Positions 10,123 through 18,000 of a stretch of 64,000 bases of DNA are shown in pieces (positions within the stretch are counted from its first letter, which is position 1; the number at the start of each line of letters is the position of its first letter). Below the pieces are notes generated by a model. That model ran no database searches and had not been told where the DNA came from. It saw nothing but the letters and a program-made list of their open reading frames with translations. The stretch is from Clostridia bacterium. Lineage in GTDB: Bacteria; Bacillota; Clostridia; Christensenellales; UBA3700. The stretch lies in assembly GCA_029060025.1 (NCBI GenBank), contig JAIDUV010000007.1, positions 13,007-77,006 on the forward strand, read 5' to 3'. A program made the translations under genes and the position numbers.

Positions 10123-10290
10123 ATACGCATAATCTTATCTGAAGAGATACTTCGACATAGCCGCGCTATGTCAGTATGACTCTTTAAGTCGATTAACACA
10201 AGTCCGCGCGCAGAGCGTCCAATATGTGCCGATCTTCTGCGCGGTGGCAGATGCGCCTATACATAGGTGACTTATCGACTAAATATATCA

Positions 10291-10315
10291 AGTCCGCATA
10301 ATCTGCGGACTTTTA
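10291..10315 (+). terminator. Intrinsic terminator
   Basis: gtccgca/tgcggac stem followed by TTTT. Confidence 0.6.
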
Positions 10316-10339
10316 TAATTTTCTATATCGTTAAAAACA

Positions 10340-10538
10340 CAACGGCTCCTTGAATAGAGGAGCCGTTTTTGATTGTACACAGACGAGCGCCAATCTGAAC
10401 CCGCTTTGTAGCAGGTGGGTATCCTGTGTAAGTTTTTTGTAATCCTTAAAGACCGCATAAGCGGTAAGGCACGCCAGCCGACTTCCAACTCCGGATTCCC
10501 TATTCAAGAGTGCGGTACAATGTGCAACTCGTTTGTGT
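10340..10538 (-). ncRNA. Candidate stand-alone structured sRNA (~170-200 nt, rod-like fold; identity unknown, 6S-like at best)
   Basis: It has its own promoter (10545-10573) and terminator (10341-10370). The 5' GUACACAAACGAG pairs with the 3' CUCGUCUGUGUAC, and inner helices include GGGAAUCC/GGAUACCC and ACCGC-UUAU-GCGGU. No RBS or credible ORF is present. Confidence 0.35.
10341..10370. terminator. Bidirectional intrinsic terminator
   Basis: acggctcc-ttgaatag-aggagccgt stem-loop flanked by an A-run upstream and a T-run downstream. Confidence 0.7.
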
Positions 10539-10544
10539 ACGTTT

Positions 10545-10573
10545 ATTATACTATACATCTTATGTAAAATCAA
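10545..10573 (-). promoter_or_regulatory. Sigma-A-type promoter for the sRNA candidate
   Basis: On the minus strand: TTGATT (10573-10568), a 17-nt spacer, then TATAAT (10550-10545). Confidence 0.45.
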
Positions 10574-10659
10574 TACCTAAATCAAAAAAATTTTTCCAAC
10601 ATTTGAGAGACGGCATATATGCGGTCGGTTGAGCCTTTACGAAATAGTATAAATACAAT

Positions 10660-10796
10660 GTCACTTCGAGCAAAGCCGAGAAGTCTCAACAGTATAATAA
10701 TCGAATAGAGATTTCTCCATTGCGCTTCGCTTCAGTCGAAATGACAAAATTATAATATCACTCCTCGAGCGATATGTAGTGGAGTGGAGAAATCTC
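10660..10796. repeat. Family-1 repeat cluster (three units: +, -, +)
   Basis: Units at 10660-10688, 10708-10745 (gagatttctccattgcgcttcgcttcagtcgaaatgac) and 10757-10796, upstream of asnS. Confidence 0.85.
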
Positions 10797-10907
10797 ACAA
10801 TCATTCTTGACAATTATGGGAAATCCCATAAAAAATATTTGTTTTTTAATTTGCATTATGCTATATTATAGTATATAGATATATAATATAAGTAAGCAGA
10901 GGTGTTT

Positions 10908-12302
10908 ATGGCAAAGATTTCTTTAAAAGAATTGGCGCAAAACTTTGAAAAGTACGCAGACAAAGAAGTAAGCGTTTGCGGTTGGGTAAGGACGATAAGA
11001 GACAGCAAGAGTTTTGCTTTTATTGAACTCAACGACGGCACGTACTTCAAGTCGACGCAAATTATCGCAGACGAGAGCGCGCTTGACAATTACAAGAGCG
11101 TAATATCCCAAAACGTAGGCGCGGGATTGAGCGTGGTTGGCAAAGTCGTGGTTACGCCGGGTATGAAACAGCCATTTGAAATCAAGGCTAGCAGCATAGA
11201 AATTGAGGCTACGTCCACGCCGTCATATCCTTTGCAGAAAAAAAGACACACTATGGAGTATCTCCGCGAGATCGCGCACTTGAGACCGAGAGCCAACACC
11301 TTCCAGGCTGTTTTTAGAGTGAGATCTGTTGCCGCTCAGGCAATACACGCATTTTTTGCATCGCGTAATTTCGTATACGTCAATACGCCGCTAATTACGA
11401 CGAGTGACTGCGAGGGCGCAGGAGAGATGTTCAAAGTCACCACTTTGGATCTTAACAATCCGCCAAAGACTAAGGCGGGCGAAATAGATTATTCCAAGGA
11501 CTTCTTTGGCAAGTCGGCGGGACTTACCGTCAGCGGACAACTCAATGCCGAGTGCTTTGCTTTGGCATTTAAGAACGTCTATACTTTTGGACCGACTTTT
11601 AGAGCGGAGAAGAGTTATACCAACCGCCACGCGTCGGAGTTTTGGATGATAGAGCCGGAGATTGCGTTTGCCGATCTCAAAGACGATATGAATCTTGCAA
11701 GAGATATGGTTAAATACGTAATCAAGGACGTGCTGGAGAAGTGTCCAGAAGAAATGGCTTTCTTCAACAACTTTATGGACAAAGGTCTCATTGAGAGACT
11801 GCAAGGTATCGTAGACAGCGACTTTGCAACCGTCACTTATACGGAGGCTATCAAGTTGCTTGAAGAGCACAAGGACGAATTCCAATTCCCTGTGTATTGG
11901 GGCGCAGATTTGCAGACGGAACACGAGAGATATCTCACGGAAAAGATTTTCAACAAGCCTGTATTCGTCACTGACTATCCAAAAGAAATGAAGGCTTTCT
12001 ATATGCGCCTTAACGACGACGGCAAGACAGTTGCCGCAGTAGATTTGCTTGTGCCGGGCGTAGGCGAAATCATAGGCGGAAGCCAAAGAGAAGAGAGACT
12101 TGACTTGCTCGTGGAGCGTATCAAAGAACTTGGACTTAGAGAAGAAGACTATTGGTGGTATCTTGACTTGAGACGTTACGGCGGCGTTAAGCACGCAGGT
12201 TACGGACTTGGCTTTGAAAGATTGATTATGTACCTCACAGGTATGCAGAATATCAGAGACGTAATTCCATTTGCGCGTACCACCGGTAATGCAGACTTTT
12301 AA
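10908..12302 (+). CDS. asnS: Asparagine--tRNA ligase
   Basis: N-terminal OB-fold ([22 protein letters not shown]) and class IIb motifs ([36 protein letters not shown]). The ATG at 10908 has a GAGGTG RBS. Confidence 0.9.
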   Translation: MAKISLKELAQNFEKYADKEVSVCGWVRTIRDSKSFAFIELNDGTYFKSTQIIADESALDNYKSVISQNVGAGLSVVGKVVVTPGMKQPFEIKASSIEIEATSTPSYPLQKKRHTMEYLREIAHLRPRANTFQAVFRVRSVAAQAIHAFFASRNFVYVNTPLITTSDCEGAGEMFKVTTLDLNNPPKTKAGEIDYSKDFFGKSAGLTVSGQLNAECFALAFKNVYTFGPTFRAEKSYTNRHASEFWMIEPEIAFADLKDDMNLARDMVKYVIKDVLEKCPEEMAFFNNFMDKGLIERLQGIVDSDFATVTYTEAIKLLEEHKDEFQFPVYWGADLQTEHERYLTEKIFNKPVFVTDYPKEMKAFYMRLNDDGKTVAAVDLLVPGVGEIIGGSQREERLDLLVERIKELGLREEDYWWYLDLRRYGGVKHAGYGLGFERLIMYLTGMQNIRDVIPFARTTGNADF

Positions 12303-12322
12303 AAAATATCCCGCTTAAGTCG

Positions 12323-12351
12323 TTGACAGACGGCAAAATGGGTAGTATAAT
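12323..12351 (+). promoter_or_regulatory. Promoter of tRNA-Thr
   Basis: TTGACA (12323-12328), a 17-nt spacer, then TATAAT (12346-12351). Confidence 0.55.
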
Positions 12352-12406
12352 AATTAAGTCTTTTGACACTAATATAGTTGTAGTTGCGGCAGACTTGCCG
12401 CGATAC

Positions 12407-12482
12407 GCTACTGTGGCTCAGTAGGTAGAGCAGTTCACTCGTAATGAACAGGTCGCCAGTTCGAATCTGGCCAGTAGCTCCA
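12407..12482 (+). tRNA. tRNA-Thr (anticodon CGT), CCA encoded
   Basis: A hand-folded cloverleaf: acceptor GCTACTG/CAGTAGC, D arm GCTC/GAGC, anticodon stem GTTCA/TGAAC with loop CTCGTAA, T arm GCCAG-TTCGAAT-CTGGC. Confidence 0.9.
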
Positions 12483-12486
12483 ACAG

Positions 12487-12530
12487 AAAAAGTCGACATT
12501 TTCTGATGAAACAGGCCCTGTCGACTTTTC
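12487..12530 (+). terminator. Terminator after tRNA-Thr
   Basis: aaaagtcgaca ... tgtcgactttt, an 11-bp stem with a 20-nt loop and a T-run. Confidence 0.55.
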
Positions 12531-12768
12531 ATTATTCAGAAAATATGTTATAATTATCAAGCAAGGATTAATAAAAGTGAAATATAAGAAGTAAGTAAGA
12601 GATTATTGCGAAAAGCACGCTAATTCTTCAGTAGATATTTCTATTTCAAAAAGAGTGTATGGGAACAGGTAACAATACGACTAAAAACGCTGATATTATT
12701 ATACATTATACATAATTAAAATAATAAGTTGAATATTAAAAATTTGTCAATGATAAATGGAGGCTGCT

Positions 12769-13740
12769 ATGTTTGCTCATATTATCCCGCGAGTATACCA
12801 AAAATCTTGGCATAGTGCTAATGGACCCAAAAATGTATATTATTTTGATAATAATTGTTTAGATCACCCGATTTCTTCAAATGGAAACAACATAGATAAA
12901 AAGTTTGGGGAAAATGATTTTTATAATATTACTGCACAAGATAACGAGAATGGATTATGTGCTAATGAACTAGAGTTAGAAGAATATTTTTCTAATACAA
13001 TAGAAAACAAATTTGGAATGATTTTGCAATCTAACATTTTTGAATGCTTGGAAAGCAAATCACAAATATCTGGTAATTTACAAGTAATAAGTGCAGAGGA
13101 ATTAAAAGAAACTCCATTTGAACAAGATTTATTAGATTTTATAATCTTGCAACAATTGAGAATTTATGATAATTTCAATGCTATTGATAATGGGAATATA
13201 GAAACATTATTAGAATGTATTTATAATTTTTTACTTCAAAAAAAGGCGATTAGTATTACTTATGAGGAATTGTTGGTAGAATTGCAAAATAGTAATTTCA
13301 AGAAAAGTATTTGGAAATCAATACTGCTTGATTGTAAAGACAAGGATTATTCATTTCTTGCTTTAGCAAGAAATGAACTATTGAAAAATTGTAATCTAAC
13401 ATTTTTGTATATTAAAGATGAAATCAAGACACGATTTATTTTATCGGATAATCCTATAATTTGGAATAGTGGTAAAAATAAAAAATATCAGGAATTAGAA
13501 AGTGGTATATTTTTTCCTATAAAACCTAATTGTTTAGTTGCATATTTGAATTATGGTAGAGACGATATCAAAAGAGGAGATGCTATTTGTTTGTTTCCCA
13601 AAATGCAATTTATTAAGTATATTAATTGTATATTATTGCAACAAAGTAAGAAGCAAATAGGATTTATGAATAAAGATGTAAAAAATCACTTTTCACAGGA
13701 GTTTGATAAAATAATGGATTGGGATGCAATGTTTAAGTGA
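12769..13740 (+). CDS. DUF4238-like protein
   Basis: The N-terminal HIIPRVYQKSW resembles the H(Y/F)(V/I)P(Q/R)xYLxxF start of DUF4238 proteins, from recollection. A GGAGG RBS precedes the ATG at 12769. Codon usage is very AT-rich. Confidence 0.45.
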   Translation: MFAHIIPRVYQKSWHSANGPKNVYYFDNNCLDHPISSNGNNIDKKFGENDFYNITAQDNENGLCANELELEEYFSNTIENKFGMILQSNIFECLESKSQISGNLQVISAEELKETPFEQDLLDFIILQQLRIYDNFNAIDNGNIETLLECIYNFLLQKKAISITYEELLVELQNSNFKKSIWKSILLDCKDKDYSFLALARNELLKNCNLTFLYIKDEIKTRFILSDNPIIWNSGKNKKYQELESGIFFPIKPNCLVAYLNYGRDDIKRGDAICLFPKMQFIKYINCILLQQSKKQIGFMNKDVKNHFSQEFDKIMDWDAMFK

Positions 13741-13787
13741 GCAGTATTTTCGTCCTATAAAGACAGCAGAAAAGGCTCGTTGAAGAA

Positions 13788-13832
13788 GAGCATAAAAATA
13801 GAAGGGATTTATACCCTTCTATTTTTATGCTC
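13788..13832 (+). terminator. Strong intrinsic terminator (19-bp perfect stem)
   Basis: gagcataaaaatagaaggg-atttata-cccttctatttttatgctc. Confidence 0.75.
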
Positions 13833-13945
13833 TATAGCACGCTCGCTTTTCTTTCACTTAAAACAGGCGCAGACATATTGCAATTATTATGGTAAAATGA
13901 TAGAATAGAGTAAAAGATAAGCATCTCAATCAAGGGAGCAAGATT

Positions 13946-14194
13946 ATGATAAGGTATTATTACGTCAAACAAAAAGACAGACTGTACGTTTATGATAATG
14001 AAAATGGGTTTTATAAATCTTTTAATCGTATTGATAAAAAATGGGTTACTCCTGCCGTTTCTTTTTCTCAAGTCGAATATGACAATGACATTGATTTTGT
14101 AGAAATTTCACAAGATATTGCAATGAAAATTTCAAACGGCGTAAGTTGTGAAGAGCAACTCAAAGAGTATCTTGCGGCTATTGGCAGTGTGTAA
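13946..14194 (+). CDS. Hypothetical 82-aa protein
   Basis: A GGGAG RBS 7 nt upstream. No recognised motif. Confidence 0.45.
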   Translation: MIRYYYVKQKDRLYVYDNENGFYKSFNRIDKKWVTPAVSFSQVEYDNDIDFVEISQDIAMKISNGVSCEEQLKEYLAAIGSV

Positions 14195-14401
14195 TGTCAA
14201 GTCACGTAATAATACGGCTATGACCTATAATCTGTGCGTCCTAAAAAATAATCGGGTGATACTTAAATAATTAGCAATATTAAAGAACAAAACTACAAAC
14301 AGTTGGTACAATGCTTTTATCTGGGAATTCTTGTAATAAACGAATATCGCAAAGCGGAAGAAATCAAAAAGGAATATTCAAACTTTTAAGATGACATACT
14401 T

Positions 14402-14590
14402 ATGCAAATTGTCAAAGCCGAGCCAAAGGTCAAAACCAAATTTGAATTAAAGGCAATGCCTTATGAGAAAATCGGAGACAACTTGTTGGCGGATTTGCAC
14501 GACAGAATTGAGGATAGCATAAAAGAATACTATGAATATTATTGTCGTTCGCTATTTGAAGAAATGCTGATTGACAAATTGAGAATTTAA
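14402..14590 (+). CDS. Hypothetical 62-aa ORF (doubtful; may be the tail of a decayed gene)
   Basis: No RBS. The same frame is open upstream from 14267 to a single TAA at 14387-14389. Confidence 0.2.
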   Translation: MQIVKAEPKVKTKFELKAMPYEKIGDNLLADLHDRIEDSIKEYYEYYCRSLFEEMLIDKLRI

Positions 14591-14605
14591 TCTTTAGATA
14601 CCAAA

Positions 14606-14661
14606 GTTATCGGCAACTATTGCAGATATTGCGGTGTTTTCTGGTGATATTTGCCGATAAC
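14606..14661. other. Perfect 11-bp inverted repeat with a 34-nt spacer
   Basis: gttatcggcaa (14606-14616) pairs with ttgccgataac (14651-14661), just upstream of the promoter of the two-gene module. Confidence 0.5.
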
Positions 14662-14685
14662 AATTTATAGTTTGTTATTTAGATA

Positions 14686-14714
14686 TTGACCCAAGTATTT
14701 ATATATGGTAATAT
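14686..14714 (+). promoter_or_regulatory. Promoter of the 105-aa / 1498-aa module
   Basis: TTGACC (14686-14691), a 17-nt spacer ending in TGG, then TAATAT (14709-14714). Confidence 0.5.
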
Positions 14715-14741
14715 ATTTATATAAATATAAAGGTTGAGAAA

Positions 14742-15059
14742 ATGAAAATTTATATTTTAAGAAAGTCTTTATCGAGTCTTAAGACGCCGATTGAGATAAA
14801 AGAATATCATACTCACGCATTGACGGTGCGAGAGTTTATAAGCGAGATGGTGGAGCGCAACTACAGTGCTCGACCTATCGACTGCTCGCTTGAAGAGTGC
14901 GTAGGGTTGGCGTGCGACGATTTTATGGACGGATGTTGTTATATTATTGACGCTACGCAGAACAAAAGGTACGCCGACTTGGATGAAGAATTGAATTTTT
15001 GCGAAGAAGACGAAGTTATGCTTGTCAAACTTAAGTATGTGAGGGGAATAATATGGTGA
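14742..15059 (+). CDS. Small Cys-rich protein (105 aa), translationally coupled partner of the giant protein
   Basis: Its stop overlaps the start of the next gene (ATGGTGA at 15053-15059). It has 7 Cys (CSLEEC..C..CC..C). No family was recognised. Confidence 0.55.
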   Translation: MKIYILRKSLSSLKTPIEIKEYHTHALTVREFISEMVERNYSARPIDCSLEECVGLACDDFMDGCCYIIDATQNKRYADLDEELNFCEEDEVMLVKLKYVRGIIW

Positions 15060-18000
15060 AGATAACCAATAAAGAGATATTAAAGGCAATCAACGGCATT
15101 GATGACAAAGAAGTCAAGGCGGTGCTTTTGAGCGGAGGACAGACTTGTTTATGCTCGCTCAAGTTTTTGCGAAAACACGAAGAGGCTTTTCGCTCTTTGA
15201 TTCCCAATTATTTTGACGAATATATGATACTTTATTACGGAGATAATTCTGATTATTCTTATGCCGACCGCGATTCTTATATGATTTATTTGTGTATCGA
15301 AATGGGGGTTGTGAAGTCAGACGACTTTACAAGCGTAGTAAATTATGCGACGGCAGGCATAGATTTGGACTTTCTCAGGTACAACTCACCGTCGGTGGTG
15401 GACTTGTTTAAAGACAGTCTTTTGAAAACTAAAGACGGAGATAAGAAGTTGCTTGATTTTGTCGAAAAAAATCCGCGGTATTTGACTTACTTTTTGCCGC
15501 TGATATGCTCGATTGACAGCGAGGTCTTTTTCGGCGCTTTGACTGATTACGTTAAGTCGGCAAAACTAGAGGACACTTTGCGCTTACACGTGTTGGAAGC
15601 AATGATGCAATCATCTGACAAAAATATGCTCTTGAGGTGCCTTGACGAAATTGACAATAATAATTATTACAGGTTCAAGGCGCTCAACGAAGCAGGCATA
15701 ATGATGGGTGACAGTACGGTCACGCTTGCTCCCAAAGAACTTGTTGCGGTGCTTCGCGACGCTGCCAACGGCAATTACGAAAAGTATCTTAATGCAGATT
15801 ATAGACATTCTTATCACTTTGTCAGAGCGTATAAAAGAGTGCGACAAGAGGAGTTTAGTTCGTTTGTAATTGACGCGCTCAATCGCAGCGGTGACAGAAT
15901 GAGATTGGCTTTGCTTGGTTTCCTGTCAGTCAACGAAATCAACAGCAAATACGTCCAAGAGATTTTTTCGCGCAAGTTTACGCTTGAAGACTTATCTGTA
16001 TTTATCTATAAGTTACGCTGCGAAATTATGGATATATCAGTTGTTCCAATGGTATTTGAAAGTCTTTTTGAATTACTTATGTCAATGAGCAAAGTCAACT
16101 ATCACTTTAAGACTGACGAGGATATTTCTTTTGCCAGAGATGTTTATAAATCCACTGTCGTATCCAGACTGGGTAAGTTGGCGTTGAGACGCGACGATGG
16201 GGAGTATATAAAAAGACTTGATAATATTTACGACACGTTTAAAGAAGAAGCGCAGGCAAGTTATTTGTCAGAAGTGGGCGAAAAGACAAGTCTGGACGTG
16301 AGACAATGCACAATAAAATTTTTGAAGACGGATAATTATGAAGCAATAAATTATTTTGACAATAGCAATATAAAATTGACTTATAACGAAGCGGTATTCG
16401 TCTCGGATTATCTCAAATCAAAAAAGGGCAGTGTAAAATCTAAAATAGTTAAGGCATTTTTGACTTCAAAAGACAGCGAAAAAATAGCAGAGTATCTATT
16501 GTCCTGCAAAGAAGATTACAAAAAGTCAGCGGGCGAAGAAATGCAAAAGAGTCAAGGCAAGATAGACGATAAAAAACTTGCTAAAAAGACAGAGCGATTC
16601 AGTTGGTGGAGCGAAAGCGTCTTCAAAGAAGATAAGCCGATTGACGAAATAGAGAAACTTGCCAAGCAAGAAACCGACGTAAAGCCTATAAATCCTATTT
16701 CTCATAAGAGGTTAAAAGACTTTTTTACGGCAATAGAAGATTTTATTCAAGCCAACAAAGACTATGAATACGCCGCCGAATATACTGAGGGGCTTGAGCA
16801 ATTTGGCTCGAATTTCAAGAGACTAAAGGATAGTGATCGAGACTACGGATTTGAAGCATATCCGTTGGGACGCGAGATAAAGGCGCTGATAAAAGACAAC
16901 TTTACGCAAGAAGAGATTGCGGGGATACTCGTGGTTGTTTATTGCGTGGATAAAGACGCGGAAAAACTGTATAAGGCAGTATGCGGAAAAAATATTTTTG
17001 AAGACGCCCAAAAGAATTTTGAATACGTAGTAGCATCTCGCAAAAAGGGAAGGTGGTATTATGATACAAACGAATTTAACATCATACAACAATTGGATTA
17101 TTCTATTGCTAAAGAACTGTTGGGGGAAGAAGAAAAACTTGCGATAGTTGCCGCATTTGCGCAGGAAAATGTTCTTGACAAGTACAAAAAAGGTAGATCG
17201 CCCTATATGTTTTGCAATATGCTGGCAAAAAGCAACGATATCCGCACGCTAAAAGCGTTGACGCATTTTGAGTGCGCGTTTATAAATGCCGACGTCGAGG
17301 ATTGCATTTCTTATAATCTGGTTGAAAAAGCCTTTGAAAACAATTTGATTTCTGAAAGACTGGCAAGATATTTTATTTTGAAACAAGGCTTCGCCGATAG
17401 ATTTTTACCTACTTCGTCAGCCTATATTATGAGATCGGACTATAAAAACAAGAAGTATAAATCCTTGTTATTGGATTTTGTCGAAAAGGCTCTTGACGTA
17501 GAATTTAATCGAGGAAGTTTGCAGACGCCGTATAGCGAATTGTTTAGGCGTAGCAGTGTGAGAGTATTCGGCGCAGAGAAGTTTTTTAAGGCTATCGTTG
17601 CGCTCAGAGGTTTGACTTGGGTACGTTCGTCCTACGGTATGGAAAAGAACGAGATTTTGTCGAATATTCTCAAAAATACCGTCAAAAGTGAAAATGACGA
17701 TTACTCAAAGTTTGTTGAGTTGATAAAACAATATAATATTACCGACGACGAACTTATGAAAGCCACGCTATTCAATCCCGAGTTTGTCGACTACACGGCG
17801 CAATACTTTGGTGTCGAAAACCTCAAGATTGCGATATTTTGGTATATTGCGCATCTCAACGAGACTCTTGACACCGAAAAGCAAGAGCGCCGTATAGAAC
17901 AAATAAAAGAATTTTCAGACATAAGTTATCAAGACTTTAAGGACGGCGCATTCGATTGCAATTGGTACGCCGAGATGGTGGAGAAGGTTCCCGCAGATAT

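Larger units (their letters stand above)
1..10330 (+). mobile_element. Partial or cryptic prophage, late arm (packaging, head, tail-accessory, holins); continues beyond the left window edge
   Basis: Collinear TerL-portal-scaffold-coat-adaptor-gp10-like-holin gene order on one strand. No endolysin, integrase or att site is visible inside the window, and host repeat elements sit in its intergenic gaps. Confidence 0.7.

Noticed and set aside
10340-10538. Assigning the sRNA candidate to SRP RNA, tmRNA or RNase P.
   Set aside because: It has no GNAR-capped helix-8 motif (GGAA/AGCA), no tRNA-like 3' end with a T-arm and ACCA, and it is too short for RNase P. Only a tentative 6S-like description is kept.
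10331-10573. An 80-aa minus-strand ORF (and the 66-aa ORF at 10288-10488) in the sRNA-candidate interval.
   Set aside because: The start codon lies inside the predicted -35 box and there is no SD sequence. The region has strong RNA secondary-structure potential and ends in a terminator, so it is better explained as non-coding.
12299-12532. A 77-aa minus-strand ORF covering tRNA-Thr.
   Set aside because: It is the translation of the tRNA and its terminator (GATGQIRTGDL is the T-arm read backwards). It is not a gene.
14267-14590. A possible stop-codon read-through or recoding event joining 14267-14386 to the 62-aa ORF across TAA at 14387.
   Set aside because: The upstream part has no start codon either. 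Simple gene decay in an AT-rich islet is the more economical explanation.
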